Notes: a model not told the origin generated them from the letters alone. A DNA stretch of 64,000 bases from Bdellovibrionales bacterium (GCA_005801425.1 SYDY01000027.1:8444-72443); one strand, 5' to 3'. Shown: positions 10,185-19,100, numbered from the stretch's first letter. Numbers and translations: made by a program.

Positions 10185-11045
10185 ATGATCTCACATCCAG
10201 CCATCGTGACCTGTGCCCTTACCGGTGTTTTAACTGATCCTGCGCAACATGCTGTTCCTGTCACTCCTAAGGAAATGGCCCTCTCTGCCAAAGAAGCCCA
10301 CGACGCGGGTGCCAGTGTGGTGCATGTTCATTTTCGTCAGCAAGCCCAAGGCATGGGACGATTTCCCACGTGGGAGCCGAACGTTTGTGCAGAAATTGTC
10401 GACGCGATCCGAAGTGCATGTCCTGACATCATTATCAATATGAGTACAGGTATTGTGGGTCCGGATATATCACCTGTGGTTGCTGCTTTGCGTGCTGTGA
10501 AACCCGAAATGGCGGCACTTAATGCGGGTTCACTTAATTATTTAAAATTGCGGTCCGGAGGCCAATGGGCGTGGCCACCGATGCTTTTTGATAATCCTGT
10601 GGAGAAAGTTCAGGGTTTTATCAACGCAATGAATGAACTTGGCGTAACACCCGAATGTGAATGCTTTGATACAGGGATTTTGCGCAGTGTCATGATGTTT
10701 CAAGAAGCTGGAATGTTAAAAAAACCTGTCCATGTGTCGTTGGTGATGGGGGTCGCATCGGGAATGCCTGCGAAAGCCTCATGGTTGCCGCTGCTGCTTG
10801 AAGAGATGACACCAGGCACCCATTGGCAGGTGATCGGCATTGGACGCGAAGACGTATGGATTTTGCATCGGGCGGCAGCGCGTTTGGGTGGACATTTACG
10901 AACAGGTCTTGAAGATACGTTTTATTTACCCAGCGGCAGTAAAACCACGAGCAATGGAAAATTGGTTGAAGCATTGGTGAATATCGCGCGTGAAGAAGGA
11001 CGCAAGATCGCAACATGTGCTGAGGCGCGGCAAATGATTGCGTAA
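10185..11045 (+). CDS. kce: 3-keto-5-aminohexanoate cleavage enzyme family protein (BKACE/DUF849)
   Basis: The internal ATG at 10185 (MISHPAIVTCALTGV...) lies 11 nt after the murB stop. BKACE-type N-terminus (I(V/I)TCA(L/I)TG) and length ~286 aa. The upstream part of ORF 9960..11045 overlaps murB and is not coding. Confidence 0.75.
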   Translation: MISHPAIVTCALTGVLTDPAQHAVPVTPKEMALSAKEAHDAGASVVHVHFRQQAQGMGRFPTWEPNVCAEIVDAIRSACPDIIINMSTGIVGPDISPVVAALRAVKPEMAALNAGSLNYLKLRSGGQWAWPPMLFDNPVEKVQGFINAMNELGVTPECECFDTGILRSVMMFQEAGMLKKPVHVSLVMGVASGMPAKASWLPLLLEEMTPGTHWQVIGIGREDVWILHRAAARLGGHLRTGLEDTFYLPSGSKTTSNGKLVEALVNIAREEGRKIATCAEARQMIA

Positions 11046-11157
11046 GGTTATAATTTATTAGTTTGCGTAATATAGTTTATAGTGGCATGTTTTTGAGCGT
11101 GTTTGTTTTTCTATGGTATCGTCAGATCCCTTCCCAAACGATACTAAGGAGAACAAA

Positions 11158-12180
11158 TTGCGCCATACATCGAGGTTTCATGGTTTTTTTTGCTTGTTGT
11201 TGATGGGGTGTGCTGCTGGCAGTTCTGAAAACCAGAGATTAGGGGAAGGTCCCAATTCTCCGGCAGAAACCGGAGATCCACCTGCATGGGGACATAACGA
11301 AGGCGGTATGCCCGCCATGGGCGGTGTGGATGTGGGGCGCACGGGGGATGGAACGCATCTTAGTTATTGGGGATTCTTCTGGAAATCCACGGGGACGCCT
11401 GGTGTAGATCCCTATGCTATTTATGATTTGACAGTCGCAGGGCAAGTGATTGTCAGTTACTACGATGAAAATAACGTAACAGAAGGTGAGCAAGAATGTC
11501 ATTTTGTGGTGAATCACTACGATGAAAATGAAGGAACCAATGCAAACAGTTATTTGATCCTACAAAACGTCGCAGGTGGACCAACACCCTTTGGCTATGC
11601 GGCGGTGTACCGCAATGGACCCAAAGTATATTTGTGCGCTCCTCATGATGGCGCGGGCAATGTGCGTACCTTTGCAACAAAAGCACTTGCCGAGGCGGAT
11701 ATCACGGGAAGAGAGGATGGCATTGCTTCTGCCGATGAAACAAATCTAGGCGGTAACGGCTGCAACACCGATGTGTTTTTTACGGCCACCTCGAGCGATG
11801 GGGAGAGATGGACTTCTGGCGCGCAGGTTTATGGCGGCCTAGCCATCGCGGGTACATGGCAGGACAGTTATCCTGGCAATCTTGATCCTCCCACCACAAC
11901 TATAATTTCGAATACAGTCTGGGATGGTTTCTTCGGTGACAGAAATATCCCATGGTACGACAATACCGCCCAACAGTTGGTTTATATTTGGCCAGGTTCT
12001 CCGGATACGTACTCTGTGGTTGTTTGGACCTATGATGGCGGGCAGCTCTATTACTGTGAAGCGTCCTCTGGGCACGCAAACGCCGAAGCGGCACTCGCTG
12101 CAACATTATCATACGACGACACCGATCCTGGCACAGGGGGTTGTGGTGGCTTTGCCTGGTCTACTCTTAGTCCCCCTTAG
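11158..12180 (+). CDS. Hypothetical lipoprotein, paralog A
   Basis: ORF 11113..12180. An in-frame TTG at 11158 has AAGGAG 6 nt upstream and gives MRHTSRFHGFFCLLLMGC, a lipoprotein signal. The ATG at 11113 is an alternative start. Shares long conserved blocks with the next gene (PAWGH(N/S)EGGMPAMGG(V/A)DVGRTGDG, CHFVVNH, LQNVAGG). Confidence 0.55.
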   Translation: MRHTSRFHGFFCLLLMGCAAGSSENQRLGEGPNSPAETGDPPAWGHNEGGMPAMGGVDVGRTGDGTHLSYWGFFWKSTGTPGVDPYAIYDLTVAGQVIVSYYDENNVTEGEQECHFVVNHYDENEGTNANSYLILQNVAGGPTPFGYAAVYRNGPKVYLCAPHDGAGNVRTFATKALAEADITGREDGIASADETNLGGNGCNTDVFFTATSSDGERWTSGAQVYGGLAIAGTWQDSYPGNLDPPTTTIISNTVWDGFFGDRNIPWYDNTAQQLVYIWPGSPDTYSVVVWTYDGGQLYYCEASSGHANAEAALAATLSYDDTDPGTGGCGGFAWSTLSPP

Positions 12181-12321
12181 TTTTTCCCAAAAGATATAAG
12201 TGCATTTTTGTCCTCGGCTGTCCTGCGTCATGACTGCCGTTTGACAATGCCCGCCAAATTTTCAAAAAATATTTTTTCCTACGGTATCTTAGATCTTGCC
12301 TCACAGAACATTGGAGAAAAT

Positions 12322-13029
12322 GTGATTCACAAAACACGATTACATGGTGTGTGCTGTGTGTTGTTGATGGGATGTGCTGCAGGAAGCGCAGAAAGCCAGA
12401 ACCCAGAACAAAGCCAAAACGTGCCTTCCGAAGAGCCTGCTGCATGGGGACATAGCGAAGGGGGCATGCCTGCCATGGGCGGTGCGGATGTGGGGCGCAC
12501 CGGCGATGGGTCACATCTCAGATATTGGGGGGGATTTTGGAAAACGCCTACGGTGTCGAATGCGTATGATGTTTATGATATGACGATAGCCGGGCAGCTT
12601 ATTGTTACGCATTATGTGGACAACGTGCAACAGGGTGAATCAGAATGTCATTTCGTGGTGAATCACATCGATGAGCAAGCCGAGATTGATAACTACCGGG
12701 ATAGCTACTTGTTTCTGCAAAACGTAGCAGGTGGCGCAACCCCATTTAGCTATGTCGCCTTACACAAGAAAAATACAGGTACTGTTCCACTCCCTGTTTA
12801 TACACTGTTCATGTGCTTTCGTAACAATGCTGACGATACAAGGCATACTTTTTCGTCGCAAGCACTTGCCGAAGCGGATCTTGATTATCCCGAAGGTCCT
12901 GGGCGCCTCAATGCGGATGAAGAGCTCGAGGCTCCCGGCCAACTTGGATGCAATAAAGACATATCATTTACCCCCGCGCCGGCGACCGTCGGACGGGATT
13001 GGCTCACCGCGACAGTGTATACACCTTAA
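12322..13029 (+). CDS. Hypothetical lipoprotein, paralog B
   Basis: ORF 12208..13029. An in-frame GTG at 12322 is preceded by GGAGAAAA and gives VIHKTRLHGVCCVLLMGC (signal plus lipobox). The conserved blocks are shared with paralog A. Confidence 0.55.
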   Translation: MIHKTRLHGVCCVLLMGCAAGSAESQNPEQSQNVPSEEPAAWGHSEGGMPAMGGADVGRTGDGSHLRYWGGFWKTPTVSNAYDVYDMTIAGQLIVTHYVDNVQQGESECHFVVNHIDEQAEIDNYRDSYLFLQNVAGGATPFSYVALHKKNTGTVPLPVYTLFMCFRNNADDTRHTFSSQALAEADLDYPEGPGRLNADEELEAPGQLGCNKDISFTPAPATVGRDWLTATVYTP

Positions 13030-15212
13030 AGCGCCTTCAAAAAAGCGATCAACGCATTTTTGTCTTCGACAGACAGATTGCGGAATTTATTGCGCGAAGC
13101 TTCACCTTCTCCTGCGTGGCCCTCGATGGCTTCTTCCAACGTATCGGCAGCGCCTGAGTGAAGATAGGGTGCTGTTTGAGCGATACCCCACAAAGGCGGA
13201 GTGCGGAATTCATGGATCCCAGCAGGTCCATCTTCAATACCCAATGCATCTTCAGGCAAGATCGCATGCAAGAGCAGATCCGAATAGAGAAGCACTGGCG
13301 TGCCCGATCCATCGAGGCTCGGAATATGGCAGCTATCACAACCGAGTGTTCCAAAAATCTGTTCACCCTTTTGTTCCGTTGCTCCGCGTGGTCCAGGGAG
13401 TGGTGGTCCCAATGCGGCGACGAAAACGAGCAGATTGCGCATATCTGCGTCGGATGAGAATTCGGGATCATCCACCAGATCATCGTCGTGTTCTCGGCCG
13501 AATGTGAGTGGTGCTTGGTGCATGACAGTGATCCCAAGTTCAGCACTTGTTGCATCACGCATAAATTCGGCGAGACTCGGTACCTGTGCTTTCCAACCAA
13601 ATCGCCCAAGTCGGCCGTCCTGAAGAATCGCCGCGCGACCACTGATCCCATCAGCATTTTGATCGGTTGGATCTTCATTGTGTAAAATGGCGTTATCAGG
13701 AATTTTGTCCACAAGCCCAAGGCCCAACAAAGATGGCGTTTGGCGATGTTCAAAAACATTGATTGTAGGATCCGCAAAGACAGCACCGTTGTGGATGGCT
13801 GTGTGTTTGTGCAGAATTGTTCCACCGGCAGGTGTTTGGAATAGTCCATCAGAAAGAATTCCGTGGCGGATAACATTCACATCGTTGGGCCCTGCACCTC
13901 CTATGGCCGGTTGAAAATGACAGGCTCGGCATGAATCCGCATTAAATCGTGGTGAGCCAAGCCCCTGTGAGATCCCAATGTCGGCATCAAACAATCTTCG
14001 GCCCGCGAGGAAGATCTTTTCAATATAAGGGATCAGGGTTTCACTGGGGCCTCCCAAGCTTCCTGCCTCAGGCATGGGCGTATTGGGAGGAAGTAAACCT
14101 TGGCTTTTTGCGTAAGATCCACCCAATGATTTTAAAAACACAAGCAATGCGTTTTGATCGTCAGGACCAGCGGCTTGGAATTTTGTTCGAGAGGCCTCCG
14201 CCTCACCACCGTGCATCACAATAGCTTCTTTAATACTGGAAGCACGGCCATCGTGAAGGTATGGCCCAGTCGCTGCAATGCCCCACAAGGGCTGTGTACG
14301 AAATTCAGAACCACTTGCACGCTGCATCGTGATCCCATCGGCAAGATCGGGTCCCATGTCGTGCAGCAAAAGATCGCTAAAGAGATGAAGTGGCCCACGT
14401 GGAGAGAGAAGAGATGGCGTATGGCATGCGTTACAACCAAAATTGATAAATTGAGATTGTCCTCGTGTGCTTGTAGTGCTTAGGGGATCCAACTGGGGTG
14501 CAGCCAGTTGCGTCGCAAAGCTTACCAGATCCGAGAGGTCGTTGTCTGATAATTCAGGATCGGCAATATCATCTGTGTCTGTCTCGTTTTGCGTGGTGAT
14601 ACCCATGTGGTTCAATAACGAATGACGTACAATGCTTGCGATATCGGCGCTTTGCGCTTTGAGACCGAATCGACCAAGCTTTGATCCTTCATAGTTGGCG
14701 CGGCCACTGATCCCATCGGCATTCAAATCATCGGGATCTTCCCGCTGCATGATTTCGTGATCGGAAATTTCCTGAAGAAGCCCCATACCAAAAAGAGGGA
14801 CCGCATTTCGCTGTGCTGTGGATGCAATGGCGTGGTCGACGGCGGGGCGCGCAGAGATACCGGATCCGTAACCATACGCACGTATGATCACATGATCTGT
14901 AAGAACATAATTGCGATACAGCGAACTTGCGCCGCCGATCACGGGTCGCTCATGGCATGCAGCGCAGGATACAGCATTCAAAGTGGGGCCTACCCCCTCG
15001 GCATGTGTAAAGTGTTTGGCTGCCAATACTTTCCCTCGCTCAAAGGCCTGACGTTCTTCCTGGCTGATGGATGGAATACTCTCGCCAAGAGATGCCATGA
15101 GATCGCTTCCGAGTGGTGTATTCCTTGAATTGTCTCCATCGCGATGCTGGGCGCATCCTAGGGTCCCAGAGAGGATCAGCACGCATGATGCGAAAATAAT
15201 CCTATGGTGCAT
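13026..15212 (-). CDS. Di-haem cytochrome c peroxidase-like oxidoreductase (DUF1111 family), internally duplicated with four CXXCH motifs
   Basis: 728-aa ORF with an N-terminal signal (MHHRIIFASCVLILSGTLGC). Haem motifs CAACH, CNACH, CRACH and CDSCH. The N and C halves are repeated (DPDDLNADGISGRANYEGSKLGRFGLKAQ versus DPTDQNADGISGRAAILQDGRLGRFGWKAQ). Confidence 0.7.
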   Translation of the reverse strand: MHHRIIFASCVLILSGTLGCAQHRDGDNSRNTPLGSDLMASLGESIPSISQEERQAFERGKVLAAKHFTHAEGVGPTLNAVSCAACHERPVIGGASSLYRNYVLTDHVIIRAYGYGSGISARPAVDHAIASTAQRNAVPLFGMGLLQEISDHEIMQREDPDDLNADGISGRANYEGSKLGRFGLKAQSADIASIVRHSLLNHMGITTQNETDTDDIADPELSDNDLSDLVSFATQLAAPQLDPLSTTSTRGQSQFINFGCNACHTPSLLSPRGPLHLFSDLLLHDMGPDLADGITMQRASGSEFRTQPLWGIAATGPYLHDGRASSIKEAIVMHGGEAEASRTKFQAAGPDDQNALLVFLKSLGGSYAKSQGLLPPNTPMPEAGSLGGPSETLIPYIEKIFLAGRRLFDADIGISQGLGSPRFNADSCRACHFQPAIGGAGPNDVNVIRHGILSDGLFQTPAGGTILHKHTAIHNGAVFADPTINVFEHRQTPSLLGLGLVDKIPDNAILHNEDPTDQNADGISGRAAILQDGRLGRFGWKAQVPSLAEFMRDATSAELGITVMHQAPLTFGREHDDDLVDDPEFSSDADMRNLLVFVAALGPPLPGPRGATEQKGEQIFGTLGCDSCHIPSLDGSGTPVLLYSDLLLHAILPEDALGIEDGPAGIHEFRTPPLWGIAQTAPYLHSGAADTLEEAIEGHAGEGEASRNKFRNLSVEDKNALIAFLKAL

Positions 15213-15302
15213 AACCCTCTTGTTTGCTGTATTTTTGAGTATGTTGCCAAGATCTTGCAGAATGGTTCTTAACTATAAATTTCAACGGTTAAGGAGCCTA
15301 TT

Positions 15303-15485
15303 ATGAAGTTATTAATTGATCGAAGTGTTGTCTTTTTTACCGTATTATTCAGCACAGGTGTTGCGCATGCGATGATGCCTGAAATATCGCCTTCGAGCTT
15401 TCTTTCGCTGATATCGATGATTGGTGGCGGATGGGTTTTGTTCCGATATCGCCAGTACAGTTCAGCGCGCAGCAATAAGAGCTAA
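15303..15485 (+). CDS. Small secreted protein consisting only of a signal peptide and a PEP/VPEID-CTERM-like sorting signal (putative exosortase substrate)
   Basis: 60 aa. AAGGAG lies 7 nt upstream of the ATG. The layout is MKLLIDRSVVFFTVLFSTGVAHA signal peptide, then MPEIS, then a TM segment (FLSLISMIGGGWVLF), then RYRQ plus a tail. It sits 4 nt upstream of the exosortase gene. Confidence 0.6.
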   Translation: MKLLIDRSVVFFTVLFSTGVAHAMMPEISPSSFLSLISMIGGGWVLFRYRQYSSARSNKS

Positions 15486-15491
15486 TGCGTG

Positions 15492-16817
15492 ATGCTCGAT
15501 GCCAATGAGATCAGGCAATGGCTTGATTTCAACGTCGGATCTTTTCGGTTATCGCCTGTGTGGGTGCTCGTCTATTGGCCTATTCTTGTTGGCATCGCTG
15601 CTGCGTTTGCGTTGCGTAAAATCAAAAAAAATGAAGTGATTCGGCGTTACGGCATTCTTCTTGTGTTGCCATTGCTTATCAATATCGTGTTGCTGTTCAC
15701 GGGATGGTTTTTTCACGAGCGTATGGGACAACGCATCGATCATGCCTTGGTTCAGCATGCTGTGATTGCACCTGTGTCATGGATTTTTAATACTTTGCTT
15801 CAGATCCCTGTGATCAGAGATCAGCCTCTCCATATCGGTGTTGATTCCTTTTCTGGCTACATCGCGCCAAGTTGCGCAGGAACCCAAGGATTGTTTATTT
15901 TTACGATGCTTGCTGGCGCATGGTATTTTGTTCTTCGTCCGACGACTTTTCGGCATCGATTGATTTATTTGGTGCTTATGTGCGTTGGTCTTTGTTTGGG
16001 TTTTGTCGGCAATTGGCTGCGTCTTGTTGCGTTGCTTTATGTTGGGGCACGTGTTGATCGCGATCTGGCCCTCGCAGGATTTCATGACGCTGCAGGTGGG
16101 ATCATTGTGCTGTTGAATTTTGCATTGTTTGCGTGGGTCACGCATCGTGCATTGAAGGGTGATGATGGCAAAGCATGGTTTGCGGGCAATCCTGTGGTGC
16201 CCTATGTAATGCCTTGGATGGTGTGGATGGCATTGGGGATGCTTTCTGCGCTGGTCACGGTGCAATGGGATTGGTCGTATCCGTTGCGTGCTGTGATTGT
16301 ATTTATCATCCTAGGGGTGCTGGCTGCGCCTTTTCCTCAGACAATGATAAGGGCGGTTCGCGAACCGCCCCTACAGTCTGTTCTTGCAGGTCTATTCATC
16401 GCAGCTGTATGGATTATTTGGGGCCATTACGTGCTCGACCATGACTTTGCAGGTCGCATGCCAACTTCACTACGTTTTTATCACATGTGGATCGTCGGTC
16501 GCATTTTAGGAACCGTACTTCTGATTCCAGTGATTGAAGAACTCGCTTTTCGTGGATTTCTTGCGCGCGCTTTACAAAAGCCCATGTTTCAAGATCTCAC
16601 GCCATCGGATCTTCGTTGGCCGGCCATGCTTATTTCATCGGTGATTTTTGGTGTTTTTCACGACGCGCTTGCGGTCCCAGGCGTGGGTGCCGGATTTATA
16701 TTTGCGTTGCTTTATCGCAAGAGTGGGACGCTTGCATCCCCGATCATTGCGCATGCTGTTGCAAATCTTGGTGTCGCTTTGTACGCGCTAACCACAGGGC
16801 AGTGGCAGCATCTTTAA
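15492..16817 (+). CDS. Exosortase fused to a CPBP (CAAX protease/Abi) intramembrane metalloprotease domain (exosortase E/protease-like)
   Basis: N-terminal polytopic domain with the exosortase Cys motif (IAPSCAGTQG), GNWLRLV (Asn/Arg) and a GFHDAAGG His motif. C-terminal CPBP motifs EELAFRGF, FGVFH and HAVAN. The ORF's GTG at 15489 is an alternative start. Confidence 0.75.
   Translation: MLDANEIRQWLDFNVGSFRLSPVWVLVYWPILVGIAAAFALRKIKKNEVIRRYGILLVLPLLINIVLLFTGWFFHERMGQRIDHALVQHAVIAPVSWIFNTLLQIPVIRDQPLHIGVDSFSGYIAPSCAGTQGLFIFTMLAGAWYFVLRPTTFRHRLIYLVLMCVGLCLGFVGNWLRLVALLYVGARVDRDLALAGFHDAAGGIIVLLNFALFAWVTHRALKGDDGKAWFAGNPVVPYVMPWMVWMALGMLSALVTVQWDWSYPLRAVIVFIILGVLAAPFPQTMIRAVREPPLQSVLAGLFIAAVWIIWGHYVLDHDFAGRMPTSLRFYHMWIVGRILGTVLLIPVIEELAFRGFLARALQKPMFQDLTPSDLRWPAMLISSVIFGVFHDALAVPGVGAGFIFALLYRKSGTLASPIIAHAVANLGVALYALTTGQWQHL
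16351..16374. repeat. Single REP-like unit (GGGCGGTTCGCGAACCGCCCCTAC) inserted in-frame within the exosortase-CPBP coding sequence
   Basis: Exact match to the repeat family unit. It translates as (R)AVREPPLQ(S) at the junction between the exosortase and CPBP domains. Confidence 0.8.
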
Positions 16818-17506
16818 GCTTTATCTTTCCACAAATGCAAACTCACAAACAAAAACAGTTGATGCAGATGGGTGACGGCACTTTGATTCAGATCGTATGA
16901 ATCACGCCCTGACATATTGAAAATAAATGTTTGGTAGGGTGCACGGATGTAACTGTAGTCGAGGCCTACTTTGAGATAGGGCGGAAAATAATATTCGAGT
17001 GCAGTGCCAAGTCGCATACTCTTCCATGTTTTCCACGCCACTTCATTGTAACCCCCGGTGCCAGGATTGTAGCCCTGGTAGCTTAATCCCCAACCTCCGA
17101 AAAAAGAGGGCTCAAGAGGTTTAAGCCATTCGGGCAAACGTTGTTGCCAGTGCCATACGGGGTACACGCGCACGCCGGAATGCCAATGGGCCGACCACTC
17201 ACGATTTTTTTGATCGGTAATGTTGCGTCCGTGGCCCGTTAATGCGGTTTCAATCGCAGCGTAACCTTTGATATTGAAACCAAGATTAAGCAGCGTGCTT
17301 GCCCCTTTGCTTAAGTTGGTGCCAAGCAAATTGGCATCCCCTGGGGGTTGGTTGCTGGCCGAAAAATAACCGGTGTTGACGTTGGTGCCATTGACTGCGG
17401 ATCCGCCGAGGCCAATACCGATATAGCCACCTGGGCGTGCTTCCGCGTTGGACCACACAGTGCAAAGGAACAGCGGCAGAAGAAATCCAACAGAGGTGGT
17501 CTTCAT
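16814..17506 (-). CDS. Outer-membrane beta-barrel protein (OmpA-like/OmpW-like porin family), putative
   Basis: ORF 16814..17524. The internal start MKTTSVGFLLPLFLCTVWSNAEA is a typical Sec signal. Alternating aromatic/Gly-rich strands and a C-terminal aromatic (…YQTF-like) region. Confidence 0.55.
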   Translation of the reverse strand: MKTTSVGFLLPLFLCTVWSNAEARPGGYIGIGLGGSAVNGTNVNTGYFSASNQPPGDANLLGTNLSKGASTLLNLGFNIKGYAAIETALTGHGRNITDQKNREWSAHWHSGVRVYPVWHWQQRLPEWLKPLEPSFFGGWGLSYQGYNPGTGGYNEVAWKTWKSMRLGTALEYYFPPYLKVGLDYSYIRAPYQTFIFNMSGRDSYDLNQSAVTHLHQLFLFVSLHLWKDKA

Positions 17507-17582
17507 GCCTACTTCGTACCACATCTACGAAGAACTCTCAAACGCGGTTGACCCGAAGACAGCCTTCGGGCAACGTCGCTTC

Positions 17583-19100
17583 ATGCGAGGAATACTGAAT
17601 AAGTTGGGTCTCTACGGGACCCAATCGGGTGTGTGGTTTTCTGGTGAGCAAACCGCCAACGGAGGTCTGCTCGAAGTTACAACGCCTGTGGATGATAGCG
17701 TGATTGGCATGGTGCGTATGGCCACGCCGGAAGATTGCGATTGGATTATTGAAAAATCTCACGAAGCATTTTTGACGTGGCGCAATGTGCCCGCACCGAA
17801 GCGTGGCGAGGTGGTACGGCAGATCGGCAATGTTTTGCGTGAGAACAAAGCACTTCTTGGCCGACTTGTTTCGCTTGAGTGCGGAAAAATTTTAGCCGAA
17901 GGCGAAGGCGAAGTTCAGGAGATGATCGATATTGCCGACTTCGCGGTGGGTTTATCGCGTCAACTGTATGGCTTAACGATTGCATCCGAACGTTTTGAAC
18001 ATCGCATGCTTGAACAATGGCATCCGCTGGGTGTTGTGGGTGTTATTTCTGCATTTAATTTCCCTGTCGCGGTATGGGCGTGGAATGCGTTTCTTGCCCT
18101 CGTATGCGGCAATACTGTGGTTTGGAAGCCTTCAGAGAAAACACCGTTGTGTGCGATCGCATTGCAGAAGATGCTTGAGCCCGTGCTTGAAGAAAATGGG
18201 TGTTTAGGGGTGCTTGCAATCGGAGTGGGCGGGGTCGATGTGGGTCATGCGCTTGCATCACACGCGCGTGTGCCGTTGGTCTCCGCGACAGGTTCTACAC
18301 GCATGGGCAAGGCGGTGAATCAAACTGTGGCAGCACGATTGGGACGATCGCTGCTTGAGCTTGGCGGCAACAATGCGCTTGTGGTTGATAGTTCTGCCGA
18401 TTTGGATCTTGCGTTACGTGCTACTGTGTTTGGTGCAGTAGGAACCGCAGGACAACGCTGTACGACCACGCGTCGATTGCTGCTTCATCGTGATATTGCA
18501 CCGCAGTTTGTTAAAAAGTTAATAGAGTCCTATGGCCAGGTTCGCATTGGATCCCCTTTGAAAGCCGAAACTCTCATGGGGCCGTTAATCGATCACCCAA
18601 GTGTTGATGCGATGCAAAAAGCACTTCAAGAAGCACGCGAACAGGGTGCCGAAATATTGTACGGCGGTGATCGACTTTCCGGCGCATCCTATCCCGGAGG
18701 TGGTTATGTGCGTCCAGCGATTGTCAAAGCGCGTGCGGACATGCCCATTGTTCAAGAAGAGACCTTTGCACCTATTTTGTACGTGATCATTGTGGATAGC
18801 ATGGATGAAGCCATTGCCATCCAAAACGATGTGCCTCAGGGACTGTCCAGTGCGATATTTACCGATTCTGTGCGAAGTGCTGAACGGTTTCTTGCTGCGG
18901 ATGGTTCCGATTGCGGCATTGCCAACGTCAACATCGGCACCAGCGGTGCTGAAATTGGTGGTGCATTTGGTGGCGAAAAAGCCACAGGTGGTGGTCGTGA
19001 ATCCGGATCAGACGCTTGGAAAGTTTATATGCGAAGGCAAACACAAACCATCAATCGATCCAATGCATTGCCTCTCGCGCAAGGGATTGTTTTTGAATAA
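17583..19100 (+). CDS. Aldehyde dehydrogenase, ALDH7 (antiquitin/piperideine-6-carboxylate dehydrogenase-like) family
   Basis: ORF 17448..19100. Homology to ALDH7A1 begins near MRGILNKLGL. Motifs EGEGEVQEMIDIADFAVGLSR, catalytic Cys context GQRCTT and ELGGNNA. An alternative earlier start is 17505. Confidence 0.8.
   Translation: MRGILNKLGLYGTQSGVWFSGEQTANGGLLEVTTPVDDSVIGMVRMATPEDCDWIIEKSHEAFLTWRNVPAPKRGEVVRQIGNVLRENKALLGRLVSLECGKILAEGEGEVQEMIDIADFAVGLSRQLYGLTIASERFEHRMLEQWHPLGVVGVISAFNFPVAVWAWNAFLALVCGNTVVWKPSEKTPLCAIALQKMLEPVLEENGCLGVLAIGVGGVDVGHALASHARVPLVSATGSTRMGKAVNQTVAARLGRSLLELGGNNALVVDSSADLDLALRATVFGAVGTAGQRCTTTRRLLLHRDIAPQFVKKLIESYGQVRIGSPLKAETLMGPLIDHPSVDAMQKALQEAREQGAEILYGGDRLSGASYPGGGYVRPAIVKARADMPIVQEETFAPILYVIIVDSMDEAIAIQNDVPQGLSSAIFTDSVRSAERFLAADGSDCGIANVNIGTSGAEIGGAFGGEKATGGGRESGSDAWKVYMRRQTQTINRSNALPLAQGIVFE

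Noticed and set aside
12731-13507. 258-aa plus-strand ORF spanning the junction of lipoprotein B and the DUF1111 gene
   Set aside because: It overlaps two well-supported genes in other frames and has low-complexity, Arg-rich composition. It is a GC-rich spurious frame.
17504-17507. Head-to-head overlapping start codons (CATG) of the OMP gene (minus, 17506) and the ALDH ORF (plus, 17505)
   Set aside because: ALDH7 homology only begins near the later Met at 17583 (MRGILNKLGL…), and the first ORF codon at 17448 is a TTG. The overlapping-start arrangement is therefore probably an artefact of taking the first in-frame ATG.
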